Assembly: GCA_003158735.1 (NCBI GenBank)
Contig: PMLB01000182.1
Location: forward strand, 30,479-85,032
Source: Myxococcales bacterium
GTDB lineage: Bacteria > Myxococcota_A > Polyangia > Fen-1088
Length of the DNA stretch: 54,554 nucleotides
Reading direction: 5' to 3'
Below are positions 9,136 to 18,845 of this stretch, one piece after another. Under the pieces are notes generated by a model. That model did no database searches. It saw nothing but the letters and a program-made list of their open reading frames with translations, and was not told the origin of the DNA. Position 1 is the first letter of the stretch, and each line of letters begins with the position of its first letter. The position numbers and the translations under genes are program-made.

Positions 9136-11076
9136 TCACGCTCCCCGTTCTTGAAGGGCAAAGGAGAAGGTCGCGCCGCGGTCAGTTTCCCCTTCAGCCC
9201 AAACCCGTCCACCGTGGCGATGAATCACGCGTTGGACCAGGGCCAGCCCCACGCCGGTGCCTTCGAACTCCTTGCTGCTATGCAGGCGCTGGAACACGCC
9301 GAAGACCTTGCCGACGTATTGCATGTCGAATCCCGCGCCGTTGTCCTGCACGGCATAGACGCACTCGCCCGGTTGTTGCTCGGCGCTCACTCTGATGACA
9401 GCCCGTTCCCGCTTGGAAGAAAACTTGATGGAATTCGAGAGCAGGTTCATCCACACCTGGCGCATCAGCGTCGGGTCCGCGACCGCGGGCGGAAGGTCCC
9501 CGACTAGGAAGTCGATGCGCACCCGGCTCTCAGGCGTGGTCAGCTCGTGGAATATCGAGTTTGCCATGGTCCCCATGTCGATGCGCGAGAGATTCATCTC
9601 GGCGCGGCCCAGGCGGGAGAACGCCAAGAGATCGTCGATCAACCGGCTCATCTTCCCCGTATTCTCGCGAACCACGGAGCAGAGCCGCTTGCCTTCCGTG
9701 TCCAGATGGGAGGCGTAGTCGTCGGCAAGAATGCGGGTGAATCCGTCAATGGCCCGCAGCGGTGCCCGCAGATCGTGCGAGACCGAGTAGGAGAAGGCCT
9801 CCAGCTCTCTATTCGAATCTTCGAGCTGGGCGGTTCGATCGCGGACGCGTTGTTCGAGCTCGGTATTGAGCCTGCGAACCTCATCTTCTGCGCGCTTACG
9901 TTCGGTGATGTCGGTGCCGATCCCTATTACGCCAATAACCCGACCGTCTAGATCGTGATACGGCGATTTGGTGAAGAGATAATCCCAGCGCCCCGCAGCC
10001 CCATCGCCCGTCTCTTCCACCGTTTCAGAGTCGCCACTGGCCATGATGCGGCGGTCATTCTCCACGATCTCCGCAGCCTGCTGTGCGTCGGCGACCAACT
10101 CCAGATCGCTCTTGCCGATGATTTCGGACTCGCGCTTGCCGATGAAGCGGGTCATCGCCGAGTTTGCGATGATGATTCTGCCTTGTTGGTCTTTCACGCA
10201 TACCAGGTTTGTCGTCCCTTCAATGACAGCCCGGAGAATTGCGTTGCTCCGGCGCAACGCATCCCCTGCGCGACGCTCCTCGGTCTGGTCGCGGAACACC
10301 AGCACAACGCCGGTGGTCTCACCCTTTTCGTTGCGGATGGGCGCGCCACTATCGGCGATGGGGCGCTCGCTGCCGTCCTTGGCGATGAGCAGGGTGTAGT
10401 TGGCCAGGCCCACCACAACCCCTTCACGCAGCACGCGCTCGATCGGGCTCTCGACTGCGGCCCGTGTTTCCTCGCTGACGATGCGGAAGACCTCTTGCAG
10501 CGGTCTGTCCCGGGCCTCGGCCTCGGTCCAGCCGGTAAGCTTCTCGGCCACCGGGTTCATCTGACTGAGACAACCATCTGCAGTAACGGCGATGACGGCA
10601 TCGCCGATGCTGTACAAGGTGGCGCGGTTGCGCGCCTCACTCTCGCGCAAGGCATCCGCGGCCTGCTTGCGTGCGGTGAGGTCACTCCCATACACGTTGA
10701 CATAGCTGGCGCCATGAACCGGCACAACTGCGAGTGAATAGGAAATGCCGCCCACGCGGGCCTCTACCTCCCGACCGGCCCGGGTTGAATACGCCTCCAT
10801 GATGGTTCGGCGCATCTCGTCTGGAGGCCGGCCACCGATCTGGCAGCGCCACTGGTCGAGCAGAGCCGCGCTGCTCGCATTGGCGTACAAGAGCGTGCCG
10901 TCGGCGGCAAAACGCAGCACCGGGCTTGGGTTCTCGTCAGGGAACTTGACCGCGTCGCCAATACTCTGAAGCGTGGCCTTGAGATGCTCCGATTCCGCCT
11001 CCAGCGCTGCCACCCGGCGTCGAAGTACCTCGTTCTCGTGGACCAGTCGGTCGGGCTCTACTGTCCCGTCGCTCAT
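9136..11076 (-). CDS. Cytoplasmic multi-PAS sensor histidine kinase
   Basis: No TM segment is evident. It has several PAS-like blocks and an H-box ([19 protein letters not shown]), then HATPase_c (QDNGAGFD...[18 protein letters not shown]). The RBS AAGGGA precedes the ATG. Its stop overlaps or abuts the downstream receiver gene. Confidence 0.88.
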   Translation of the reverse strand: MSDGTVEPDRLVHENEVLRRRVAALEAESEHLKATLQSIGDAVKFPDENPSPVLRFAADGTLLYANASSAALLDQWRCQIGGRPPDEMRRTIMEAYSTRAGREVEARVGGISYSLAVVPVHGASYVNVYGSDLTARKQAADALRESEARNRATLYSIGDAVIAVTADGCLSQMNPVAEKLTGWTEAEARDRPLQEVFRIVSEETRAAVESPIERVLREGVVVGLANYTLLIAKDGSERPIADSGAPIRNEKGETTGVVLVFRDQTEERRAGDALRRSNAILRAVIEGTTNLVCVKDQQGRIIIANSAMTRFIGKRESEIIGKSDLELVADAQQAAEIVENDRRIMASGDSETVEETGDGAAGRWDYLFTKSPYHDLDGRVIGVIGIGTDITERKRAEDEVRRLNTELEQRVRDRTAQLEDSNRELEAFSYSVSHDLRAPLRAIDGFTRILADDYASHLDTEGKRLCSVVRENTGKMSRLIDDLLAFSRLGRAEMNLSRIDMGTMANSIFHELTTPESRVRIDFLVGDLPPAVADPTLMRQVWMNLLSNSIKFSSKRERAVIRVSAEQQPGECVYAVQDNGAGFDMQYVGKVFGVFQRLHSSKEFEGTGVGLALVQRVIHRHGGRVWAEGETDRGATFSFALQERGA

Positions 11077-11177
11077 CGCTCTGTCCCTTCGCCGCTAACT
11101 TGAAGGACGGAAGTATCCCACGCCCACGCAAATCGCGCACGCGCTCATTCACAGACGCTAACTGGTACCGTTCGCGT

Positions 11178-11282
11178 GGGCGACCGCTGGTCGCCCCTAC
11201 CTGGGAACGCTCCCTTTCTGGGGTAGGGGCGACCTGCGGTCGCCCCGAACGTGATGCCAGGGCGACCGCTGGTCGCCCCTAC
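11178..11282. repeat. Cluster of three REP palindromes
   Basis: GGGCGACCGCTGGTCGCCCCTAC (11178-11200), GTAGGGGCGACCTGCGGTCGCCCC (11223-11246) and GGGCGACCGCTGGTCGCCCCTAC (11260-11282). Together they fill the gap between two kinase operons. Confidence 0.9.
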
Positions 11283-13516
11283 GCCGAATCTCGCTCGCCG
11301 CCAATTGGCAACCGGATGGTGAAGGTGGTTCCTTTGCCCACCTCGCTCTCGAAGGTCAGCGAGCCGTGATGCTTGGTCACCACGATGGAGCGGGCGATGG
11401 ACAGGCCCTGGCCAGTGCCTTGGCCCACTTCCTTGGTGGTGAAGAACGGGTCAAAGATGCGCGGGCGGATGGCCTCGGGAATTCCTGCTCCCGTGTCGGC
11501 AATGTCGATGCGCACCTGGTCGCCTTCTTGCGAAGTCGTGATGCGAATCGTGCCCTTGCCCCCGCTCTTGCCCACCACATCGCCAATGGCGTGGGCCGCG
11601 TTGACGATGAGGTTGAGGAAGACCTGGTTCAGGTCGCCCACGTGGCAAAGCACGGGCGGCAGGTCGCCGAGCTCGGTCGTGACGTCAGCCACGTACTTGT
11701 ATTCGTTCTTGGCCACCGCCAGCGTAGTCCGCAAGGCCTGGTTCAAGTTAGCATCGCCCTTTTCCCTCTGGTCGGGGTGTGCGAACTCTTTCATCGCGCG
11801 CACGATGGTCGTAATGCGGGAGATGCCATCGTGGCAGCTCTCGAAGCTGCCAGGCACGTTTGCGTCGAGGTAGACGAGGTCGATCTCCTCCTCTATCTTT
11901 CGGATTTCGCCCAGCAGCGCCTCGTGCCCGCCGGCTGTCGCAAGAACTTCCACGGCGCGCTGGTACGGGACGACGAGCCGCTGGTAGCTTTCAAATGCCT
12001 CTTTCAGGAAGTGTACGCCGTCACCCACGTACTGGGCCGGCGTGTTGATCTCGTGGGCAATGCCCGCGGCGAGCTGACCGACCGCCTCAAGCTTGCGCGC
12101 GTGTCCCTCCTGCCGGGATAGGTCGCGTTCCACGATGTACCTGCGCAGGGCATCTCGCATCTCGCCGAGGGCGATGGACAGAAGATCTAGCTCGCCGAGG
12201 TGGGAGCGCACCGGTGCGGTTTCGGTCAGGTCGAGTGAGGCGATGCGACGGCTTTGCGCGGCCAGCTCGGCCAGTGGCTTCGAGAACCAGCGGGCAAGGC
12301 TCAGCGCCAGGCCGGCAGCGATAAGCAGGGTCAGAAGTCCGACCCCGACGATGAACCACTGATTCTGGCCGGCCACCGGAATGAGGTCGGACTCGGGCAG
12401 CAGCACGCCGATCCAGAAACGGTGGCCGGAACCGATTTCGAACGGCGTGAATCCCGCCCACCAGGTTTCGCCGTCAAGCGCGAGGCGAAAGCGATCGGGC
12501 TGGCCTCCGTGGTCGGCCTGCCAAGTCGCCACCGCCTCCGCGACGTAGGGAGAGCCGCCTTGAGTAACCGGTTGCAGCGCGGGCACGTCGGCATCCGGCT
12601 TGTTGTCGGTCAGGGCCTTTCGCGGCGGACCGAGCAATCTTCCGTCGTCGGTCAACACAAACATCGTCCCGCGCGGCGAGGGTCGCACGGACCTCGTGAA
12701 CTGCGCGATCTCATCCAGGGGCAAGTCGTAGCTGACGATCAGGATTTCGCCCGACGGGTCGCGCGCGGCGACGGCCGCTGAGATGCTGGGAGCCTTTGTC
12801 GTGAAAAGCGAGTAGACCCCTGTCCAGGCTATCAGACTCGATGCGGCGGCCTGCGCCTCGGGCAGGGTTTGATCCCGAAACGCGGCCATGGCTGCCTTGT
12901 ACCAGGGGCGCTGGCGAGCGTCGTAGCCGGACAAGGACAGATTCCATTTCTGCACGATCCGGCGTCCAGCCTCCTCCCACAGTACCCAGTGACTGGTTTC
13001 ACCCCATTCGGCGGGCCGGAAATCCCGCATGACGAATTGCAAACGGCGGCGATCGGACGCCGGCAAACGCTCCGCCACAGTCGAAAGCAGCGCGGAGCGG
13101 CGGACCAGTTCACTGTAGCGCTGGATGAGAAAATGCCCACCCTCGAGATCGGCGAGCACCATGGCATCGACCTTGGGCAAGGCAAACATCCCCGGAATCA
13201 GCAGTTCCCGCCGCGCCTGTGCGTCTTTGACCGAGTAGCGACCCTGCCGGATCGCCGCATAGTCCTCGATCATTTTTTGCCGGGGTGGTTCGAACAGGTC
13301 GTGCAGCCGGAATTCCGCATCTCGCCCCAGCGCGAACATGAGGGAGCCGGCCACGTGGCGCGCCATGTGCGCTGTGCCGATAAGCGACGCCGTCAACAAG
13401 CTGCCCACCACCAACACCACGACCAGCGCAAAGGAAATCAGCAACCCTCCGCGAATACTGACGACCCGGCGGGGCGGACTTTGCTCAGGCCGATCGTTCG
13501 CCGTCGATGTGGTCAT
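11279..13516 (-). CDS. Membrane sensor histidine kinase: TM - ~330-aa periplasmic (Cache-like?) domain - TM - HAMP - HEINTP-type kinase core
   Basis: TM1 is [23 protein letters not shown] and TM2 is [25 protein letters not shown]. The HAMP-like linker follows. H-box [20 protein letters not shown] boxes [25 protein letters not shown]. The ATG overlaps the stop of the upstream kinase (ATGA). Confidence 0.85.
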   Translation of the reverse strand: MTTSTANDRPEQSPPRRVVSIRGGLLISFALVVVLVVGSLLTASLIGTAHMARHVAGSLMFALGRDAEFRLHDLFEPPRQKMIEDYAAIRQGRYSVKDAQARRELLIPGMFALPKVDAMVLADLEGGHFLIQRYSELVRRSALLSTVAERLPASDRRRLQFVMRDFRPAEWGETSHWVLWEEAGRRIVQKWNLSLSGYDARQRPWYKAAMAAFRDQTLPEAQAAASSLIAWTGVYSLFTTKAPSISAAVAARDPSGEILIVSYDLPLDEIAQFTRSVRPSPRGTMFVLTDDGRLLGPPRKALTDNKPDADVPALQPVTQGGSPYVAEAVATWQADHGGQPDRFRLALDGETWWAGFTPFEIGSGHRFWIGVLLPESDLIPVAGQNQWFIVGVGLLTLLIAAGLALSLARWFSKPLAELAAQSRRIASLDLTETAPVRSHLGELDLLSIALGEMRDALRRYIVERDLSRQEGHARKLEAVGQLAAGIAHEINTPAQYVGDGVHFLKEAFESYQRLVVPYQRAVEVLATAGGHEALLGEIRKIEEEIDLVYLDANVPGSFESCHDGISRITTIVRAMKEFAHPDQREKGDANLNQALRTTLAVAKNEYKYVADVTTELGDLPPVLCHVGDLNQVFLNLIVNAAHAIGDVVGKSGGKGTIRITTSQEGDQVRIDIADTGAGIPEAIRPRIFDPFFTTKEVGQGTGQGLSIARSIVVTKHHGSLTFESEVGKGTTFTIRLPIGGERDSA
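11307..12107. repeat. Copy 1 of the 801-nt kinase-core repeat
   Basis: Aligns without gaps to 13550-14350 (offset 2243). The first ~560 nt are near-identical: the antisense shadow ORFs 11373..11873 and 13616..14116 differ at 5 of 166 residues. The remainder is more diverged. Confidence 0.9.
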
Positions 13517-15915
13517 GCCCCGCCTTGCAAATTGGAGCTGTCTCCAATCGGCAACCGGATGGTGAAGGTGGTTCCTTTGCCCACCTCGCTCTCGAAGGTC
13601 AGCGAGCCGTGATGCTTGGTCACCACGATGGAGCGGGCGATGGACAGGCCCTGGCCAGTGCCTTTGCCCACTTCCTTGGTGGTGAAGAACGGGTCAAAGA
13701 TGCGCGGGCGGATGGCCTCGGGAATTCCTGCTCCCGTGTCGGCAATATCGATGCGAACCGAGTCGCCTTCTTGCGAAGTCGTAATGCGAATTGTGCCCTT
13801 GCCCCCGCTCTTGCCCACCACATCGCCAATGGCGTGGGCCGCGTTGACGATGAGGTTCAAGAAGACCTGGTTCAGGTCGCCCACGTGGCAAAGCACGGGC
13901 GGCAGATCGCCGAGCTCGGTCGTGACGTCAGCCACGTACTTGTATTCGTTCTTGGCCACAGCCAGCGTAGTACGCAAGGCCTGGTTCAAGTTGGCATCGC
14001 CCTTTTCCCTCTGGTCGGGGTGTGCGAACTCTTTCATCGCGCGCACGATGGTCGTAATGCGGGAGATGCCATCGTGGCAGCTCTCGAAGCTGCCAGGCAC
14101 GTTTGCTTCCAGGTAGGAAAGATCGATGTCCTCTTCTATCTCCCGGATCTCGCTGACCAGTGCCTGCTGCGCGCCCGCTGTCTCAAGAACTTCGACGGCG
14201 CGCCGGTACTGGCCCACCAGCCGCTGGTAGCCTGCAAATGCCTCCCTCAGGAAGTGAACGCCATCGCCGACGAACTGGGCCGGCGTGTTGATCTCGTGGG
14301 CAATGCCCGCGGCGAGCTGGCCGACCGCTTCGAGCTTGCGTGCGTGTCCCAGATCAATCTCAAGCTGTCTCTGCTTGGAAATGTCCCTGACCGTCGCCTG
14401 GAGGAACGGCTTTCCGCCCTGTTCCATGCGGGTCAGAAGCACGGTGGTGGGAAACTCCTCACCGTCGATCCGCTTGTGCGTCCATTCAAAATAGGCGGAG
14501 CCTTCGCGCATGGCCGCCATAATTCCTTCCATGGCCGCGTCGCCGGATGCGCGTCCGTCTGGCTGTTTCTCGGGCGACAGATCGTAGGGCCCGCGCAAAG
14601 TGAAATCCGCAACACTCTTCGCTTTGAACATAGCCAGGGTTGCCGGGTTGCCGTCGGTAAATTTCCAGGTGGGTGGTTCCAGCGTCATGATGGCGTCATG
14701 GGCGGAGTCGAAGAGACGGCGAAACTTCTCCTCGCTCTCCTGCAAGGCCGCCTCGGACCGTTTGGCCTCGGTGATGTCCTCGAACGCCGATACAAAGTAG
14801 TCGAGCTTGTGGCCAGCCTCGTCTCGGACCGTGGCCACGGCAAGTTTGATCCAGACGATGTCCCCATCTTTGTGGACGTAGCGCTTGCACCTCGAAAAGC
14901 TGGCCATCTCGCCTGAGCGCATGGCGCGGAGCGCGACCAGATCAGCCGGCAGATCGTCAGGATGCGTGAGGTCCTGAAAGCGTAGCGTGAGCAGCTCGTC
15001 GGCTGTGTACCCGACCATCGCACATAGGCGGCGGTTTACCTGAATCATCTTCCCGTCAGGGCCGACGATCGCCATGCCAATGGCGGCCTGCTCGAAGGTC
15101 GTTTGAAAGCGCTTCTCGCTCTCGCGCAGAAGCGATGTGCTCTGGCTCAACTCGTGGTTGGCCGCTACCAACTCGGCCGTGCGCTCGCGCACCATGCGCT
15201 CCAACATCTGGCTCTGCTCTTCCTGCTGCTGTTGCTGACGATGGACTTCTGCGACCTTGCGCGCGGCCAACTTCCGCAGGTACCACACGAGAAGGTAGGC
15301 GAGGAGCAGCGCCAGCAGCGCGACGATGGCGACGTGGCTCCAATTGTCCTTTTGGTTCAGCGATTCCCAGGCGGCATCCTGGTTCGCGCCGTCGAGGGTG
15401 ACCATGAGGACCGCACTGCAATGCCTATCGATCGTGTCAAGGTGCTCACGAGCCTCTCGTGCCATCTCCTGTCCCGCGGCTGACCCGAGGATCTGATCGA
15501 TGAACGCAATCCAAGCCGTGATGTCGGCCGCAAGCGCCGCGCGGTGCTGGTGCTCGGCCGGCGTCAAAGCCGTTCCTTGCAGGAAGTCTTGCGACAAGCG
15601 CAGCAACGCAGTTGTCTGCTCCTGCAGCCCCTTCTCGAGCTTGGGCCGGTCCTGCGGTGGCGCCAACCATCGCTCAAGCAGGGTGACGTACGTCTTGCGT
15701 GTGTCGCGCCGGATGCTGGTCAGGGGCTCGATGCTATTGCGCTCGGCTGAAATACGTTGCGAGAACTGCTCCCTCTGTTTGTCGAGGGAACGATCGAGCA
15801 CCGCAAGGCACGCGAGGCCCAGCAGCATGAAGAGAACCGGCAAGATGGCCAAGAACCGCAAACCGCGCGCGCGTGGAGCACCTCCAGATGAATCATTCGC
15901 CGTCGAGGTTGTCAT
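13513..15915 (-). CDS. Membrane sensor histidine kinase: TM - ~150-aa periplasmic helical domain - TM - coiled coil - PAS repeats - HEINTP-type kinase core
   Basis: I chose the ATG at 15915 because the protein then starts MTTSTAND, exactly like the downstream paralog, and GAGG lies 6 nt upstream. The listed GTG at 15927 is the alternative. TM segments are [19 protein letters not shown] and [19 protein letters not shown]. The C-terminal 190 aa are almost identical to the 11279..13516 product. Confidence 0.85.
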   Translation of the reverse strand: MTTSTANDSSGGAPRARGLRFLAILPVLFMLLGLACLAVLDRSLDKQREQFSQRISAERNSIEPLTSIRRDTRKTYVTLLERWLAPPQDRPKLEKGLQEQTTALLRLSQDFLQGTALTPAEHQHRAALAADITAWIAFIDQILGSAAGQEMAREAREHLDTIDRHCSAVLMVTLDGANQDAAWESLNQKDNWSHVAIVALLALLLAYLLVWYLRKLAARKVAEVHRQQQQQEEQSQMLERMVRERTAELVAANHELSQSTSLLRESEKRFQTTFEQAAIGMAIVGPDGKMIQVNRRLCAMVGYTADELLTLRFQDLTHPDDLPADLVALRAMRSGEMASFSRCKRYVHKDGDIVWIKLAVATVRDEAGHKLDYFVSAFEDITEAKRSEAALQESEEKFRRLFDSAHDAIMTLEPPTWKFTDGNPATLAMFKAKSVADFTLRGPYDLSPEKQPDGRASGDAAMEGIMAAMREGSAYFEWTHKRIDGEEFPTTVLLTRMEQGGKPFLQATVRDISKQRQLEIDLGHARKLEAVGQLAAGIAHEINTPAQFVGDGVHFLREAFAGYQRLVGQYRRAVEVLETAGAQQALVSEIREIEEDIDLSYLEANVPGSFESCHDGISRITTIVRAMKEFAHPDQREKGDANLNQALRTTLAVAKNEYKYVADVTTELGDLPPVLCHVGDLNQVFLNLIVNAAHAIGDVVGKSGGKGTIRITTSQEGDSVRIDIADTGAGIPEAIRPRIFDPFFTTKEVGKGTGQGLSIARSIVVTKHHGSLTFESEVGKGTTFTIRLPIGDSSNLQGGA
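13550..14350. repeat. Copy 2 of the 801-nt kinase-core repeat
   Basis: See copy 1. It has the same length and no indels. Confidence 0.9.
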
Positions 15916-15923
15916 GTCCCGCC

Positions 15924-18353
15924 TCACGCACCCGGGCTGTCACCGACGGGCAGCCGGATGGTGAACGTGGTCCCTTTGCCGACGTCGCTTTCGAAGGTCA
16001 GCGAGCCGCGATGCTTGGTCGTGACGATGGAACGGGCGATGGCCAGGCCCTGACCGCTGCCCTTGCCCACGCCTTTGGTGGTGAAGAAGGGTTCGAAGAT
16101 GCGATGGCGGATTACCTCGGGGATTCCTGCCCCGTTGTCCGCAATATCGACGCGCACCATGTCGCCTTCACTGCAAGTCCTGATGCGAATCTTGCCCTTG
16201 CTCCCTCCCTTGCCCACCACGTCGCCAATGGCGTGGGCCGCGTTGACGATGAGGTTCAAGAAGACCTGATTCAGGTCGCCCACATGGCAGACGACAGACG
16301 GCAAATCGCCGAACTCGGTGGTGACCTCAGCCACGTATTTGTACTCGTTCTTGGCGATGGCCAGCGTGGTTTGCAAAGCCTTGTTCAGGTCCGCGGGGGC
16401 CATTTCCTTTTGGTCGGGGTGGGCGAACTCTTTCATGGCGCGCACGATTGTCGAGATGCGAGAGACGCCGTCCAGGCAGCTTTCGAAGCTGCCCGGCACA
16501 TTCGCTTCCAGGTAGGAAAGATCGACATCCTCCTCGGTCGCGTGGATCTCGCTGACCAGCGCGTCCTGCCCGCCCGCCTTCTCGAGGACTTCCACGGCGC
16601 GCCGGTACTGGCCCACCAGCCGCCGGTAGCCTTCGAATGCTTCCTTGAGAAAGTGTACGCCATCACCCACGTACTGGGTCGGCGTGTTGATCTCATGGGC
16701 GATGCCCGATGCCAGCTGACCCACCGCTTCGAGCTTGCGCGCATGTCCCAGTTCGGTTGCCAGCCGCGTGTGGTCGGTGACGTCGCGGATCACTCCCACC
16801 AGAAAGCGTTTGCCGGTCGGATCGATGTAGCGGGTCTTGCGCGTGACGATGGTGCGCACCTCTCGAGTGGACAGGTTGCTGAGAGACTCCTCGTTCACGT
16901 TCTCCTCGCCGGTTTCCAGGACCTTGGCATCCATTTCCCGGAAGACCGCGACCTGTTCCTCGGGGAACATATCGTCGCCATCTTGACCAAGCAGGGCCGC
17001 TCTCGCACGACCGACCATGGCGCACAGTGCACTGTTGACGAGCACGAAACGCCGCGCTTCATCCTTGACGAAGACCGGGTCCGCAATTGCGTTGATGACG
17101 CTGTCGAGAAAGGCTCTCGTCGATCGCAGTTCGTCCTCAGCCTGCTTGCGCTCGGTGATGTCGCGAACAATCCCCACGGCGCACGGTTGGCCGTCGATCT
17201 CCGCGGGGGCCAGCGACAGCTCGATGGGAAACTCCTCGCCGGTTTTTCTGATCGCCGTCAATTCGATGGTCTGGTGCAGGGCGGCCGTCTCAGCGCTGGC
17301 CTGAAACGGCAACAAAGCCTGGCCATGCGCTCCCTGCAACCGGCCCGGCGCGATGAGCGCGTGCAGGTCGCGCCCGATGACCTCGTCGCAGGTGTACCCG
17401 AAGATGCGTTCGGCGGCCTGGTTCCAGTGCCAAATCGCATCGTCCTGGCCGATGCCGATGATGGCGTCGCTCGCGGCAGCGCTGATGACCTCCAGGTACT
17501 TGTTGATGCGCTGCTGGTCGATCATGGCCTCGTGCAGGCGGATCTGCATGCGCACTCGCGTGCGGACCTCATCCATGTCGAATGGCTTCTTGATGTAGTC
17601 GGTCGCGCCAGCAGCAAGCCCCGCCTTGACGTCACCTTCATCCACTCTGGAACTGACCAGCACAACCGGCACGTGAGCCGTGCGCGGGTGGTGTCTTATC
17701 CTGCGACACAGCGCAAGGCCGTTCATGCCGGGCATTTCCACGTCCAGGAAGATCATGCAAGGCAGGCTTTTCTCCAGCAGCGCAGCCGCCTGCGCCGCGT
17801 CCTGGGCGGTGAGCACATCGAGGCCGTCTCGGGACAGAATCTCGCCCAGGATGCGCAGGAACTGGAAATCGTCATCGACGACCAGCACGCTGTGGCGCGA
17901 GTGACGGGCATACGAGGCGGCGCGGGAAATGAGATCCGAATGCAACCGCCTCAGACGCAAGTGAGTCTTGATCCGTTCCAGCACCTCCTGCTCCTGGAAC
18001 GGCTTGCAGACATAGTCGACACCGCCAGCGCGAAATGCCTCGACCTTGTCGTCAGCACCCTCAAGGGCGCTGATGAAGATGACTGGAACATCGCGCAGGC
18101 GCGGGTCCTGCTTGAACTGTCGGCAGACCTCCAGGCCGGACATCTCCGGCATGAGGACGTCCAGCAGGACGAGATCAGGAGGGTCCGCTGCTGCCGCCTC
18201 GATGGCGAGTTTGCCGCTGGTAACCGGTCGCGCCACCAGACCACCGCGGGTCAGAATTGCGCTCAAGAGTCGCAGACTCTCGGGAGCATCGTCCACGATG
18301 AGGACGCTGCTGCCTTCAACTTCATCGGTCACTGTGTCCCCCTCTTCCTTCAT
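15924..18353 (-). CDS. Hybrid kinase: REC - REC - PAS - PAS - HEINTP-type kinase core
   Basis: I chose the ATG at 18353 (MKEEGDTV...). The listed upstream extension to 18497 runs through a REP palindrome. Receivers: VLIVDDAPE...LLDVLMPEMSG...CKPF and VLVVDDDFQ...FLDVEMPGMNG...IKKPF. H-box [18 protein letters not shown]. Confidence 0.85.
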   Translation of the reverse strand: MKEEGDTVTDEVEGSSVLIVDDAPESLRLLSAILTRGGLVARPVTSGKLAIEAAAADPPDLVLLDVLMPEMSGLEVCRQFKQDPRLRDVPVIFISALEGADDKVEAFRAGGVDYVCKPFQEQEVLERIKTHLRLRRLHSDLISRAASYARHSRHSVLVVDDDFQFLRILGEILSRDGLDVLTAQDAAQAAALLEKSLPCMIFLDVEMPGMNGLALCRRIRHHPRTAHVPVVLVSSRVDEGDVKAGLAAGATDYIKKPFDMDEVRTRVRMQIRLHEAMIDQQRINKYLEVISAAASDAIIGIGQDDAIWHWNQAAERIFGYTCDEVIGRDLHALIAPGRLQGAHGQALLPFQASAETAALHQTIELTAIRKTGEEFPIELSLAPAEIDGQPCAVGIVRDITERKQAEDELRSTRAFLDSVINAIADPVFVKDEARRFVLVNSALCAMVGRARAALLGQDGDDMFPEEQVAVFREMDAKVLETGEENVNEESLSNLSTREVRTIVTRKTRYIDPTGKRFLVGVIRDVTDHTRLATELGHARKLEAVGQLASGIAHEINTPTQYVGDGVHFLKEAFEGYRRLVGQYRRAVEVLEKAGGQDALVSEIHATEEDVDLSYLEANVPGSFESCLDGVSRISTIVRAMKEFAHPDQKEMAPADLNKALQTTLAIAKNEYKYVAEVTTEFGDLPSVVCHVGDLNQVFLNLIVNAAHAIGDVVGKGGSKGKIRIRTCSEGDMVRVDIADNGAGIPEVIRHRIFEPFFTTKGVGKGSGQGLAIARSIVTTKHRGSLTFESDVGKGTTFTIRLPVGDSPGA
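15949..16749. repeat. Copy 3 (more diverged) of the 801-nt kinase-core repeat
   Basis: Same 801-nt length and register as copies 1 and 2, with visibly more substitutions. Confidence 0.8.
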
Positions 18354-18452
18354 TGCCCTTGGCCCCCTTGGTTGTTTCGGCAGCGAGACACGAAAAGTGG
18401 AGCCATGCTTGCCGAAGTGCGTCGCAAGCGTCCATGTCTCCGGCGCGCCAGT

Positions 18453-18730
18453 GGGCGACCGCAGGTCGCCCCCTCTTGGGGCATAGGTGCTAACCACGAT
18501 TCTCTCGGGACTTGACGGCCGCTGGCGCCATCCGGAGTCTCACCACAGAGGCCACAGAGGCCACAGAGGCCGGAAGGAAAGGGTTCCGGATCCGGCTCCG
18601 AACCCTTCTCTCCTTCCGATCCGTCTCTGTGAACTCTGTGCTCTCTGTGGTGAAATCCGAGGCAAACCTGCGGGAAACTGTGGTTAGCACCTATGCCCCC
18701 CCTGGGGGGGGGCGACCTGCGGTCGCCCCC
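18453..18730. repeat. 278-bp nested-palindrome (MITE-like) intergenic element
   Basis: Roughly 45-bp terminal inverted repeats: GGGCGACCGCAGGTCGCCCCC..GGGGCATAGGTGCTAACCAC (18453-18497) and its reverse complement (18680-18730). Each arm contains a REP palindrome. The core has 3x tandem CACAGAGGC (18544-18570) mirrored by CTCTGTG repeats (18626-18650) around GGTTCCGGATCCGGCTCCGAACC. Confidence 0.9.
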
Positions 18731-18733
18731 AGG

Positions 18734-18760
18734 TCAAGCCTCGTGCCGTTCTGCCGATGC
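18734..18760 (+). promoter_or_regulatory. Candidate sigma28 (FliA)-type promoter
   Basis: TCAAGCCT-N11-GCCGATGC against the enteric consensus TAAAGTTT-N11-GCCGATAA. Spacing is exact. It lies ~85 nt upstream of the REC-HDOD start codon. No experimental support. Confidence 0.4.
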
Positions 18761-18845
18761 ATCACGTGTGGCTGAACGTGGGAAAGGGACTCAGGCCAAA
18801 TAGACGGACTGTCGGAACATCGACCGTGAGGGGTTAGGGCAAGAC

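Noticed and set aside
15873-18515. Very long antisense ORFs: 880 aa at 15873..18515 (+), and also 13507..14916 (+), 4202..5389 (-), 25424..26707 (-), 23690..24523 (-), 39688..40662 (+), 40460..41515 (+), 41358..42221 (+)
   Set aside because: Each lies entirely opposite a gene with unmistakable family motifs (kinases, motA/motB, TBDRs, MCP, CheA). Their translations are Arg/Gly/His/Ala-rich with no motifs. Long stop-free antisense frames are expected in GC-rich DNA.
18541-18655. Possible CRISPR array (short tandem CACAGAGGC repeats)
   Set aside because: The units are 9 bp, directly adjacent with no spacers, and are mirrored as an inverted copy ~60 bp away. There are no cas genes. This is an internal palindrome of a repeat element.
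18487-18690. Two mirror-image 66-aa ORFs on opposite strands (18487..18687 + and 18490..18690 -), both starting MLTT
   Set aside because: They are produced by the symmetry of the nested-palindrome element. The peptides are low-complexity (HRGHRGHRG, TESTEFTETD). They are repeat DNA, not genes.
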